Virus record (IMG/VR): IMGVR_UViG_2706795940_000001
Location: 1 to 64,000 of that record
Origin: a virus
Taxonomy: Duplodnaviria; Caudoviricetes
Length of the DNA: 64,000 bases
Reading direction: 5' to 3' (one strand)
The notes under the pieces are model-generated. The model ran no database searches and was not told where the DNA came from. It worked only from the letters and a program-made list of their open reading frames with translations. Of this stretch, positions 27,201-35,573 are shown piece by piece (position 1 is the first letter of the stretch; every line of letters starts with the position of its first letter). The translations under genes and the position numbers were made by a program.

Positions 27201-29998
27201 CTGCCAAGACCGGAGTCGTCGACCCCGCCTTCTCCGGCATCCAAGAGGGCCTGCGCAACGTCCAGAGCGCCTTCGGTATCGCCGTCCCTGCCATCGCCCT
27301 GCAGTGGGACGGAATCCGAAGCGCAACAGCAGATCCCGTCCGGTTCACGATCAACACCGTCTTCAATGACGGCCTGGTCGGAATGTGGAACTCGGTGTCG
27401 GACCTCATCGGATCCAAGCCGATGCCTCGCTACACCGCCAAGTTCGCCCGCGGTGGCGTCCTCCCCGGAAACACCCCGGGTGTGGATATCCACACCTTCT
27501 ACTCGCCGGAGCTCGGCGAGCTCCACCTCGGTGGCGGCGAAGGCATCATCCGCCCCGAGGCCGTTCGGGCAATGGGTGGTGCCGGCGCAATCGACAAGCT
27601 CAACAAGGACGCCCGCGAGGGACGGCTGCGCCCAGTCAAGGGCAACCCGGCCTACTACTCGCGCGGTGGTGTCTTCGGGCGATTCGCACGCGGTGGAACC
27701 ATCAGCGGTGGACACATCCAGGGCGGCGCAGAGATCACCTCGCCGATCCAGCGAGTCATGTGGGACGCCGTCCGTACCGCGTTCCCGAACGTGATCCTGA
27801 CCTCGGGCACGCGCTATGCCGACGTCGGCAGCGGATTCGACAATCACATGGGTCAGCGCGCGCTCGACCTCGCGGGCCCCATGCCGCAGATCGCACGGTG
27901 GATCTACCAGCTGAACAAGACCCAGCCGGTCGAGGAGCTCATCCATGCCCCGCTTGCCGGCTGGCAGAACCTCAAGTCCGGTCGGCCCCTGAACTACGGC
28001 GCCGGCACAGATGCTGACCACTATGACCACGTCCACTGGGCGATGGCAGCAATGCGATCGTTCGCCGGTCGACTGATCTCCATGGCCGGCGGTAGCGCTG
28101 GCGGTGCTCCGATGCAGTCGCCGGAAGACATGGTCAAGGAACTGCTCGCGCCGATGAAAGCCGACGTGCAGAACAAGATCACTGCACGGTCGTTCCCTGG
28201 CGCCATGGGTCAGCTTCCGAACCTCATCTTCAGTTCGATGAGCAAGCAGATCGAGGGCCAGGCCGTCAATCTCGCTCGGATGTCGGGCATGTACAACGGT
28301 CCGGCCGTTGCCCCGGGTGGCGGTGTCGAACGCTGGCGCCCGATGGTCATTGCTGCCCTGCGTCGCAACGGATTCGAACCCTCGCGGCGCAACCAGGACC
28401 TGATGCTCGCGCAGATCCAGTCGGAGTCCGGCGGCAACCCAGAGGCTGTGCAGCAGGTGGTTGACGTCAACACTGGCGGCAACGAGGCCGAGGGTCTCCT
28501 GCAGATTGCCAAGGGCACCTGGCCTGGCGTGCGCGATCCGTCCCTGCCGGACAACCGGCGAGACCCCTGGGCGAACATGAACGGCGCGCTGCGCTACTAC
28601 CGGCGTGAGTACGGTGACGACCTCGGCACCATGTGGGGCAAGGGCCACGGCTACGACCGCGGTGGCATCTGGAACAACAACACCCTGGGCTGGAACACCA
28701 GCGGAAAGCCCGAGGCGGTGTTCACCAACAAGGAATGGCACCTCATTGACGCCCTCGTGGGTGCCCTGACCAAGCCCGAGGCATTCCGGGCAATGACCAT
28801 GCAGCCGGTGTCGATGGGCGCCGTCCCCGCGCCACAGAAGCTCAAGTACACGCCTCCCCAGGAGGAGAAGGAAGAGGCCGAGCAGAAGCCGGCGAATGCC
28901 TCGCCGACCGAGTACACCCCGGCTAAGATTGACCCTGAGACCAATCAGCCCTACGCGGTTGATCCGGAGACGGGCGTCCCGATCGACCCGAAGACCGGGC
29001 AGAAGTTCACTGTCGACCCGGTCACGCAGCAGGCGATCACGATCGACGACCGCGGGCTCTACATCGACCCCGAAACGGGCAAGCCCTTCTACGGTGAGAT
29101 CGCCAAGAAGGGTGACACCTCGGGCTCCGCGGCGCCGGCCATTGAGTACACGCCAGCCAAGGTCAATCCCGAGACCCAGCAGCCTTACGAGACGGACGAG
29201 AACACTGGCGTCCCGATCGACCCGAAGACCGGCAAGCCCTTCGCGGTCGATCCCGTCACGCAGAAGCCCATCACCAAGGATGAGCGCGGACTGTACGTCG
29301 ACCCTGAGACCGGAAAGCCGTTCTACGGCATCGACGCTGAGAAGTTCGAGCAGAACCAGTCGTCGCAGACGGATACGTTCACCTTCGACAATAACGCCGA
29401 CGAACTCGGCGTGAAGAAGGACTGGGTCGACGAGTACACCGGGCCGATGAGTGACGTCTTCAAGAAGGGCAAGCTCCTCGGTCAGCTCGGTAACGCTCTG
29501 GCACAACCTGGCGCCATCCAGCGAATCGGAAACGACAAGCTGATGAATGCCCAGATCCAAGAGGCGAAGAAGCGTCAGGACGAGCTCAGTCTCTACAAGA
29601 GTGATCAGGCTCAGAAGATCAATGAGCTTCGCGCACAGGGCAAGCACGAAGAGGCTGCTGCGATCGAGCGCGAAGCTCGCCAGAAGATCGCTGGCATGTC
29701 CGAGATGCCGGGGACCTCCAAGGGCACGCAGGCGATGCTCGCCACGATGGAGGAAAACCCGGGTGACCTGTGGCGTCGTCAGTCCGAAAAGGAATGGCAG
29801 CAGTGGGCCGGCGAGAACTGGGCCGGCATCGCTGAGACCGTCGCAGTCGGCGCAGCGGGTGCTGCTGGTAACTCGGGCAGCGGTCAGCTGGCCGAGAGCA
29901 TCTCCATCCATACCACCGACATCAGTGGAGCGTTCAGGGAAGTGGACCGCCGTAGCAAGCGCCAGTCGCGCGCCAACTCTCGCGTTGGGAGGCGCTGA
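21203..29998 (+). CDS. tape measure protein with peptidase-like and lytic transglycosylase domains
   Basis: 2931 aa, helical; H..RALDL..HYDHVH and ESGGNP..GLLQ motifs. Confidence 0.95.
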   Translation: MALNKRYQAGTAWIKVAPDFRGWTKDLRDQVEGSAKNLSARVSLDTSDARATLREFERAEANVEANVKLSQSDLAKVREQLQGLHKHKRDVVIRTELDNTDVRKKLREFGRGYEKFAIPADIKLNKKSVTRTFDRIQKDFAQRASEGIKFDAESLSKSFASALKVDKFQADINRARKELDAFAKAEKKFQDQREAYANNQISWEEITDLGAAYAVHEKEAAKATKRLEKYTKQQNAARRQLNKDLKLAQELSQSLAASKAGSNPRINHTAREMSERRVEIAATEKQLSRLEKAQDRYNEKLAQYQRNEIGWDEISDVADVWAKQEKAASKARKRLTEFTEAQNKAQAKLNKDLEKARALAEEAAATRRRPNLIARRDDKDVSYFDRVRDAANSSPIAKSRLEGDTVAWRNAAQEARRLDAATHSLASSTHTLEKAKRDLAAAQLEVNNLRARGNISSKNAQAALERESRAFHVLTTSARQVVHAQRAVDGLRDSYNGTAAALQRRIDLNPIKRFGDVMQNNVARGISFFTDRLILAGRLISSVTAVGMAAGAALAGLGLVNLVPLVGSLTQVVGVLGLIPGLAATAGAAIAAIGVGFSGISGAFKAANKLNEAVGTGGSTGDTARATRAAQKQLNQANKAAARTATSGARSIADAEKGVSRSQKGAADAQKNLTKARKDAQRQNEDLAESVRDMAHEEEDAALSVEEARQRLGEVLRDPDSTNTERKRADFTYRQALEQQRDLRREHSRTKDEFADAQRKGIEGSDVVVEAQERVREAAESVSEAQQSLAQAQQDAADANADAMERVVEAQENLASAMRGGSGVDAEAKALEEYNRELAKLAPNAQGFVVGIMSMRDSWMNLRKAVQQRMFRGMAEDVHELATGQLPLLERGLGDTAESINVGIRHAFDYLKSQRATMDFTSIFKNSAEATEGFARSTSNLFQALVPVAEVGTRFMPWFGRSLEDTTRKWRVMAESGQASGSMESFFTRSIVRAQQLGRILWDVGGLVKQAFNLTSGLGLESLTAIETRLEAFRTKLAGDDGGQLATMFADVRQLFHSLLGLASSFVQIIVNDIVPAFQLISDVTGPILQSMADLGVFISEHIPLVRTLLSVWLAFKIVNGTMTAFGGLMNRLNPRIEGQATRTQRLKDGWTAATRSAQNYQNTTRLGAGLTAFGVQNGKIAALGRQWDTATTSASRYATVMGGVRSAASSLYGFLGGGWGIALAGAAIGFTLWDSHRRKLQEAAEAAARYNDTLKSLRREMSEALRETQGAKGPQVLSVAEQEAEARLAEIRRVARDGGTSMLQTINGGLQVFGTLGEGNDYTEHLSQLDAIKDRAKAQQKVLDDLEISASDVARAISGTDHEWSIFNATLRQGGEAGEQLAADFAQRREDIQTEAGMLSRLTPGYLDLVDAIGTLGDKSSSTADKFDALRRAFDALVPGNEAREALSRYGETIDEIRSKIEQVDPQGGFGSDLLDASGNLNVHNQDNARVLEQAILDGQQAIGEAQLQNVEPQKLQELWEGYNSAIRTLGGSMGLASTEMDGLLERMFATPDSVTSVVRLENTDPVTRELGTIALQLQSLKNQGKPIEAKVMVQSAEARAALESIGANIEWLDASETYAKVGFDTAEGLEKFTEMQTMLSVWNTIRAEATVDLDTQTFTVKQNTAQDLLTRLDAYQAKPWATLLYQALADNQGGAIELLNGISRHPATATARLNTDQLLTDVQRAQSMIDPRNWVKFQLGLENGTPAAPQVTDPFNNDTGIEIPDYLLAPEDRKKKPGNYRGGRLPGFNVGGRMPSSGPGSQERDGFLAVGPDGRPVARVDGGEWIINSAASAEFNELLWMINSGRLRGFAAGGSLAGQQGGKKRFGLDVIGNPFSAMASGVMGLGGAFGQALGGALPAWQQFGSTLASTASTLIQPALGAINSQVNLLGSQFPFVTQMRITPPWVNMANLLSTAKQTILDPMFSGVNAHLDVLAAHFPAIASVIEPTWLNLTSRIMAAKTGVVDPAFSGIQEGLRNVQSAFGIAVPAIALQWDGIRSATADPVRFTINTVFNDGLVGMWNSVSDLIGSKPMPRYTAKFARGGVLPGNTPGVDIHTFYSPELGELHLGGGEGIIRPEAVRAMGGAGAIDKLNKDAREGRLRPVKGNPAYYSRGGVFGRFARGGTISGGHIQGGAEITSPIQRVMWDAVRTAFPNVILTSGTRYADVGSGFDNHMGQRALDLAGPMPQIARWIYQLNKTQPVEELIHAPLAGWQNLKSGRPLNYGAGTDADHYDHVHWAMAAMRSFAGRLISMAGGSAGGAPMQSPEDMVKELLAPMKADVQNKITARSFPGAMGQLPNLIFSSMSKQIEGQAVNLARMSGMYNGPAVAPGGGVERWRPMVIAALRRNGFEPSRRNQDLMLAQIQSESGGNPEAVQQVVDVNTGGNEAEGLLQIAKGTWPGVRDPSLPDNRRDPWANMNGALRYYRREYGDDLGTMWGKGHGYDRGGIWNNNTLGWNTSGKPEAVFTNKEWHLIDALVGALTKPEAFRAMTMQPVSMGAVPAPQKLKYTPPQEEKEEAEQKPANASPTEYTPAKIDPETNQPYAVDPETGVPIDPKTGQKFTVDPVTQQAITIDDRGLYIDPETGKPFYGEIAKKGDTSGSAAPAIEYTPAKVNPETQQPYETDENTGVPIDPKTGKPFAVDPVTQKPITKDERGLYVDPETGKPFYGIDAEKFEQNQSSQTDTFTFDNNADELGVKKDWVDEYTGPMSDVFKKGKLLGQLGNALAQPGAIQRIGNDKLMNAQIQEAKKRQDELSLYKSDQAQKINELRAQGKHEEAAAIEREARQKIAGMSEMPGTSKGTQAMLATMEENPGDLWRRQSEKEWQQWAGENWAGIAETVAVGAAGAAGNSGSGQLAESISIHTTDISGAFREVDRRSKRQSRANSRVGRR
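28910..29329 (+). repeat. two 62-aa DPxTG-rich repeats in tape measure C-terminus
   Basis: EYTPAK...PFYG twice with a 234-nt period. Confidence 0.9.
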
Positions 29999-30000
29999 TC

Positions 30001-30882
30001 ATGCAGAACTTCAATGAAGAGCTGTTCCTTCGCGATCGGCGCACGAAGGTGATCTACTTCGACATCAACGGGCACGTGTGGCACCTCTCGGGATTCGGCC
30101 AGGGTCGCGAGGGGGCCACCCTCGGTGTTGAGCCGGACAACCTGTACATGATCGACACCGAGCTGCTCTGGACCGAAGGTGCACGCCAGGACGGGAGCAG
30201 CTACGAGGGAACGGTGATCTCGCGTCGAGAGATCGACTTCGAGGTGCAGATCAAGTCCAGTACCGTCCGCGGATTCCACGCCATCAACGACAAGTGGTGG
30301 CGTGGATGGTCGGCGCGCACCCCCGGCACGCTCGCGTTCTACACGCGCGAGATGGGCTGGCGGTGGACCCGAGTTCGTCTGGCCGGCAATGTCGAACCAA
30401 AGTGGGGCAAGGACCCGGCTCTGATCCGGGCTTGCGACTACGACATGACCATCGCCGCCGACGATGCCATGTTCCGGTCGGCCATGGAGTTTGGGTACTG
30501 GCGAAACGTCGGCGGCACCGGACAGGGATCGATCCTGCTCAAGAACACCGCCGACCACATCGCCTTCCCTGAGTACGTAATGCCCGGTCCTGGAACGTAT
30601 TCCATTCAGGATGGTCCAGACGGCGACATGATCCCCCTGACTCCGATCCGCGCCGGCCAAACCCTCAAGCTGAAGACGCACCGCGAGAAGCTCTCGCTGC
30701 GCCTGTATGACTCGACAACCGGGATCGACGGCCGGACCGCCTGGAGGGGCTGGGGAACCAAGCGATTCGAGAACCATCTCGAACCGCATTCCATCAATCG
30801 AATCAAGGTGTCAGTAACCGGTGGCACACCGAATTCACAGGTAATGGCCCAGGTATTCCCGCGCCATTACCGTCCTTTCTAA
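30001..30882 (+). CDS. minor tail protein (distal tail-like)
   Basis: First gene after tape measure; ARQDGSSY motif. Confidence 0.85.
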   Translation: MQNFNEELFLRDRRTKVIYFDINGHVWHLSGFGQGREGATLGVEPDNLYMIDTELLWTEGARQDGSSYEGTVISRREIDFEVQIKSSTVRGFHAINDKWWRGWSARTPGTLAFYTREMGWRWTRVRLAGNVEPKWGKDPALIRACDYDMTIAADDAMFRSAMEFGYWRNVGGTGQGSILLKNTADHIAFPEYVMPGPGTYSIQDGPDGDMIPLTPIRAGQTLKLKTHREKLSLRLYDSTTGIDGRTAWRGWGTKRFENHLEPHSINRIKVSVTGGTPNSQVMAQVFPRHYRPF

Positions 30883-30900
30883 TAGACAGCTGGACACACT

Positions 30901-32592
30901 ATGGTAGAAGCACCCAGCGCCGTCGCATCCGGATGGAACCCGTTCAAGTCCGCGGCCTACATGGAATCGGCCGTCGAGGCCGAGCACAGGCGGATGCAGG
31001 ACGGTCGAAACGTCACTGTCCGCGTCATGGACAAGCTGTACCAGCTCGCCGGTTTCGCCAACGACTACATCGACATCGAGTTCTCATTCGAGAGGAATGG
31101 CGCGGGCGGACTCGAGCTGTCCCTACCAGGTGACTCCGAGATCCGTGATCATTTGTTCAGTGATCCGGATGGCCCGGATGCCGTTGTGCCCATTGTGGTC
31201 GACACGCTCGGAGCGCAGTGGACGGGTCAAGTCACCGAAGCGTCGATCGTCGTTGACGAAAACGGCGTCGAAACAATCGAGATCAGCGCTATTCACGATT
31301 GGGATTGGTGCTCGTCAGTAGCAATGTGGCCGTCGCCATTCGCGCCGCTGATTGCACAATTCCCCAAGAGAATGTTCGGCCTGGGTCCTGCCCGCAGCAT
31401 CATCAAGACCTTCTACAAGGCGAATCTACTTCGCCTGCAACTTCCGCTCTGGCGTATTCCCTCACTGACCGACCTGTTCAATCCCAGCGCCTGGTTCAAT
31501 CTGAAGAACGCCAATTTTCCGGTCGCTGTCGCGCCGATCGATGTTCTCCGCGATACGTCGAAGTGGTGCGCGGTATCCGCACGCATGCAGATGGGCAATG
31601 AGCTCTTCGAGCAGGTGCTCAAGGATTCGGGCCTGTCGCTGACGGCCAAGCTCTTCATCCCCGGCGAACACCCGCAACCATTCAAGAGTTTCATCGAACT
31701 CGACCGGCCAACCATCGTCCTGGACGTCGAGGACTGGACCGGCGTGACCGGGCCCACCGGCACCGTGGCTGACGGCGTCCTCTGGTGGATTACCGAGTTG
31801 CTCGACGACGGCATCTCTCAGATCCTGCACCAGAACCCGGAGAAGTACGATGGCCTCGAGGGGAATCTCGTTCGAGACGACGCCCTCGGCACCATCACCA
31901 ACCTGCTCGGGTTCCGACAGGCTCGCCCCAAGGCCATCTGGCTCGATGGTCAGTACACCGGCATCATCGATGGCCGCGTCGACATCCACAAGCCGATGTG
32001 CCGCGACATCATCATTGGCGGTCGGTCGCCTGGCTGGGTCAATTCGGCCATCGAGATCGGCATTCAGCAGCTCCTGAACTTCGCCGGCACATACCTTGGC
32101 GTCGGTGGACTGTCAGCCCTTTATCAAGGTCAGCTTGCAGATGTATTCATGGCCTGGCAACGGTTTACCGACCAGGGCCGCAGCAAACGGGCTGGACCAT
32201 ATCTGAAGCATGAACGGGTCGTCGCCAACGGTTCGAGCGCATACACCGTGTCCGGATTCATGGAGGGCATGGAAGGTGTATTCGACACCCGTGGATATAC
32301 GTCCAAGGTCATTCGAGTCCGGGATGCAGCTCCGTTTGTTTTCGGTGTCGATGTGCAAATCGGGGAGATCGTCGGGTTCGAACTCGACAAGACGATCTGG
32401 ACCGATTACCTCACAAAGGCCACATTTCGCGACTCACGAGATGAGCGCTCCCACTGGGAGCTGCAGATCGGTGACGGATCGGCAGAAGAAGCTGACGGAG
32501 TGAAGGCGCACCGAAAGCTTGCGTCCGTTTTCGGAATGATCAAAGATTTGGCGACCGATACCGGTGCAGATCTGGGCCTGGAGATCTTCTAG
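30901..32592 (+). CDS. minor tail protein (baseplate hub-like)
   Basis: PFAPLIAQFPK and GGRSPGWVN motifs. Confidence 0.88.
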   Translation: MVEAPSAVASGWNPFKSAAYMESAVEAEHRRMQDGRNVTVRVMDKLYQLAGFANDYIDIEFSFERNGAGGLELSLPGDSEIRDHLFSDPDGPDAVVPIVVDTLGAQWTGQVTEASIVVDENGVETIEISAIHDWDWCSSVAMWPSPFAPLIAQFPKRMFGLGPARSIIKTFYKANLLRLQLPLWRIPSLTDLFNPSAWFNLKNANFPVAVAPIDVLRDTSKWCAVSARMQMGNELFEQVLKDSGLSLTAKLFIPGEHPQPFKSFIELDRPTIVLDVEDWTGVTGPTGTVADGVLWWITELLDDGISQILHQNPEKYDGLEGNLVRDDALGTITNLLGFRQARPKAIWLDGQYTGIIDGRVDIHKPMCRDIIIGGRSPGWVNSAIEIGIQQLLNFAGTYLGVGGLSALYQGQLADVFMAWQRFTDQGRSKRAGPYLKHERVVANGSSAYTVSGFMEGMEGVFDTRGYTSKVIRVRDAAPFVFGVDVQIGEIVGFELDKTIWTDYLTKATFRDSRDERSHWELQIGDGSAEEADGVKAHRKLASVFGMIKDLATDTGADLGLEIF

Positions 32593-32599
32593 GCATGTT

Positions 32600-32615
32600 T
32601 CTAGTGTACAATTAG
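32600..32615 (+). promoter_or_regulatory. lysis-cassette promoter/operator
   Basis: TCTAGTGTACAATTAG identical to 5848-5863. Confidence 0.65.
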
Positions 32616-32628
32616 GGAGAAGATAGCT

Positions 32629-33270
32629 ATGGGTGTTGTGCTTGTTCCGCACACCTACCACGCGCAGCAGAAGAACTACACCTGCGGCCCGTCAACCGCC
32701 CTCGTCACGCTCTCCACGTTCGGGATCAAGGTCACCGAAGCTCAGATGGAGCGCGAGTGTGGAACTGACATCAACGGCACAGCCGACGTCAGGCAGATCA
32801 ACTCGGTCCTGACCAGGCGCACCGGTCGTGCATACGGCGCCCACTACATGCAGGGCAATACGCCAACCAAGGCGCAGAAGGATCTGTTCTGGCAGCACGC
32901 TGTCGGGACCATCGCTCACAGCCGCAAGGCCATGCCCATCAACATCTGGGCGCAGGGCAACACCCGGCCACCCGGGTACCCGTGGGGCCTGACCATGCAC
33001 TACGTCACCGCGGTCGGGATCGACATCGAGCAGCGCCGACTCTACTTCTCTGACAGCGCGCGCTTCGGCGGGATCCAGCACTGGTGGATGAGCGCCGACC
33101 TCGTCTGCGTGAACATCACGCCGAAGGGCTACGGCGCACTGACCAGGCCGGACACCCCAACCCCGCCGCCGGCGAAGAACGCATTCGCAAACTTCACCGA
33201 CGACCAGCTGCGCCTCGTCATCGCCGCGGCCCATCAGGTCGGCGATCCACACACCGGGGGCCTCGCATGA
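32629..33270 (+). CDS. lysin A, C39-like cysteine peptidase domain
   Basis: Q..YTCGPS, MHYVT, DSA, PKGY motifs. Confidence 0.85.
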   Translation: MGVVLVPHTYHAQQKNYTCGPSTALVTLSTFGIKVTEAQMERECGTDINGTADVRQINSVLTRRTGRAYGAHYMQGNTPTKAQKDLFWQHAVGTIAHSRKAMPINIWAQGNTRPPGYPWGLTMHYVTAVGIDIEQRRLYFSDSARFGGIQHWWMSADLVCVNITPKGYGALTRPDTPTPPPAKNAFANFTDDQLRLVIAAAHQVGDPHTGGLA

Positions 33271-34193
33271 GTTTTCGCAGGATCTACGGCCTGGACTGGT
33301 CGGAGAACGGCTGGCGCATGTGCAACTCGGACGAGACCGTGGTTGTCGATGTAGCCGGCATGCGAGTGCGGATCCGATCCGGATACGCCGCCGAGGCCCT
33401 GGGCGCCTGGATGCGCTGGTATCACGAGAATGTCGAGCGCATCGATCTCTACAAGCCGCTCGATGACTGGGGATGGTCGGCCACCAACGACGTCGCGAGC
33501 TCAAACCACCTGTCTGGCACTGCGGTTGACATCAACGCCACTCAGTACCCCTGGGGCTTGCGCACGATGTCGGCGGCTCGCAAGGCCAAGATCCGCGAGG
33601 GCCTAAAGCTTTTCGAGGGCGTGATCTTCTGGGGCGCCGACTGGAGCAGGGCTGACGAGATGCACTACCAGCTCAATCACGGAACTTCCAGCGGCACTGG
33701 GGCGTCCCAGAAACTCATCGACTTCTGCAACCGGCGGATCCGCAACGGCCGCCTGGTCACCGAACAACCCCCCAAGAAGGAGGACGGTCTCATGGCCGAA
33801 ATCTCAGACAAGGACGCCGTCAAGGTCGTCGGCGCCGCTATCCAGATGGGCGAAGCCCACACCGGCAACGGCGCCCGAAACGCAGACGACAAGACCGTCG
33901 GGCCGCGCGAACTGCGCCATCCCGATTTCTACAACGTCGCCGGCAATGAACGACTTCGCAAGGCCGGCAAGAAGCTCGCCTACATGCGCGCGATGGTCAT
34001 GGACGTGTGGAACGAACTCGTCTTCGATGGATACGTCGCTGAGGTGCCGGACCCGAGGCTCGACGAAAACAAGTACGGCTCACCGATCGGCTTCCTCATC
34101 GCCGCCCACGCCAACGCGCGCGAGGCCAACCTCATCTCCCAGCGCGTCGCCGACAAGCTCGGCGTCGACATCTCCGACATCGTCAAGGACTGA
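33267..34193 (+). CDS. lysin A, M15 L-Ala-D-Glu peptidase domain
   Basis: SENGW, SNHLSGTAVD, DEMHYQ motifs. Confidence 0.9.
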   Translation: MSFRRIYGLDWSENGWRMCNSDETVVVDVAGMRVRIRSGYAAEALGAWMRWYHENVERIDLYKPLDDWGWSATNDVASSNHLSGTAVDINATQYPWGLRTMSAARKAKIREGLKLFEGVIFWGADWSRADEMHYQLNHGTSSGTGASQKLIDFCNRRIRNGRLVTEQPPKKEDGLMAEISDKDAVKVVGAAIQMGEAHTGNGARNADDKTVGPRELRHPDFYNVAGNERLRKAGKKLAYMRAMVMDVWNELVFDGYVAEVPDPRLDENKYGSPIGFLIAAHANAREANLISQRVADKLGVDISDIVKD

Positions 34194-34199
34194 CATCGC

Positions 34200-34607
34200 A
34201 TGAATCTCTTCACCATTCGCTCGTGGTCCGACTTCCGGGCCTTCCTCTACGTCATCCTGCCCGTGTTGAGCGCATTCCTCGTCACCAACGGCACGCTCAC
34301 CGCGAACCAGGCGTCACTGTGGACCGGCCTGGTCACCGCAGTCCTGGGGCCGGTACTTGCGTTCGTCATGGCCCGCGGGGTCAGTACCTTCCGGACGGCG
34401 TTCTACGGCCTACTCGGCGCCGGCCAGGCACTACTCGTCGGCTATGGCATCTGGACGGGTAACGAGCTCGATGCATGGATGCCCCTGATCTCCACCCTGA
34501 TCGGCGCAGGCGCCGGCGGTGTGGCGGTCGCAAACACCCCCGTCACCACGCCATTCACTCACGGCCAGCTTGCGGCTGAGGCCGAGAAGGCACCCGTGGT
34601 CGAGTGA
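34200..34607 (+). CDS. holin
   Basis: About four hydrophobic segments, directly after lysins. Confidence 0.8.
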   Translation: MNLFTIRSWSDFRAFLYVILPVLSAFLVTNGTLTANQASLWTGLVTAVLGPVLAFVMARGVSTFRTAFYGLLGAGQALLVGYGIWTGNELDAWMPLISTLIGAGAGGVAVANTPVTTPFTHGQLAAEAEKAPVVE

Positions 34608-34906
34608 GCGCATGGACGCCCGACGCCTGGAACGATGTTGGCATCGTGGCCTTCCTCATTCTGGGCGTCGGGCTCCTTGCCCTCTGCTTCATTCGCGGAT
34701 GGCTGGTCCTGGGTCCAAGCCACAAAGAGATTGTGGCAGAGAAGGACCGCGCCCTGACGCACGCCAACGAGCTCGTCGGGAAGCTAACCGAGGTCAGCGC
34801 AATTCAAGCGCAGACCATTGCCGAGAACAGCGCACGCGCACAGGTCACGGACCATGTCCTGCAATCGATCCGCGATGTCTACGAGGATCGGATGCGTGAG
34901 ACATGA
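34604..34906 (+). CDS. membrane protein (lysis cassette)
   Basis: Single TM followed by RGWLV and coiled coil. Confidence 0.75.
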   Translation: MSAWTPDAWNDVGIVAFLILGVGLLALCFIRGWLVLGPSHKEIVAEKDRALTHANELVGKLTEVSAIQAQTIAENSARAQVTDHVLQSIRDVYEDRMRET

Positions 34907-35121
34907 GGTCACCATTCCGTCGAGACCGGCGCGAGCTGCAAGCCGCTAAGAGTCTCGCAGACCACTACGACAAGGCCGTAGAAGCCGCAGATCAGGAGCT
35001 GGACAAGGCTCGCAAGACCGCGGCCGACGCCCGCCGCACCAATGAGCGGATCCGGCGGGCCCACCTGGAACGAAACGGATTCACCGAGATGCTACAAGCT
35101 GCATGGAGTCCTGGAACATGA
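34903..35121 (+). CDS. small coiled-coil protein (lysis cassette)
   Basis: ERNGFTE motif; coupled overlaps. Confidence 0.7.
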   Translation: MRSPFRRDRRELQAAKSLADHYDKAVEAADQELDKARKTAADARRTNERIRRAHLERNGFTEMLQAAWSPGT

Positions 35122-35573
35122 CACTGAACTCCATTCTGAACGCTGTGAAGTCGGCACGGGAATACATCGCCGTGGCGGCATATCTCGGTGCCGTCATCAC
35201 CGTGTTTTCGCTGCTCATGCCGACCGACACGCTGCGAGCCTGGGGGAACGTCTGGCTCGCCTCCATGGCCGTGATCGTGACTACGTTCACGATCTCCTAT
35301 GCAACTCGCTCAGCATTCTGGAAGAACCCAATTGGCTGGATCTTCATGTGCAAGAGCGTATTTCTATCGGCCGTGCTGATTCAAGTGTCCCTATCGACCG
35401 TTACCTCATCGGTCGTTGGCAGTGGGGCCGCGTACTACCCGGGGCGTGACTACATCCGCCTCGTGATCTACGCCGGCGGGGCCATCGGCTACGCAGTGAT
35501 GCTCGCAGCCCTGCTCAACATGCAGCGCAAGGACCGAACTGACCGGCTCGCGCAACTCCTCAAGGACGGGTAA
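35118..35573 (+). CDS. multi-pass membrane protein (holin-like)
   Basis: Several TMs, YPGRDYIR motif. Confidence 0.7.
   Translation: MTLNSILNAVKSAREYIAVAAYLGAVITVFSLLMPTDTLRAWGNVWLASMAVIVTTFTISYATRSAFWKNPIGWIFMCKSVFLSAVLIQVSLSTVTSSVVGSGAAYYPGRDYIRLVIYAGGAIGYAVMLAALLNMQRKDRTDRLAQLLKDG

Noticed and set aside
25466-29911. 1481-aa minus-strand ORF and other long antisense ORFs (11844-13301, 47612-49303)
   Set aside because: Shadow ORFs typical of high-GC coding DNA opposite clear genes; no motifs.
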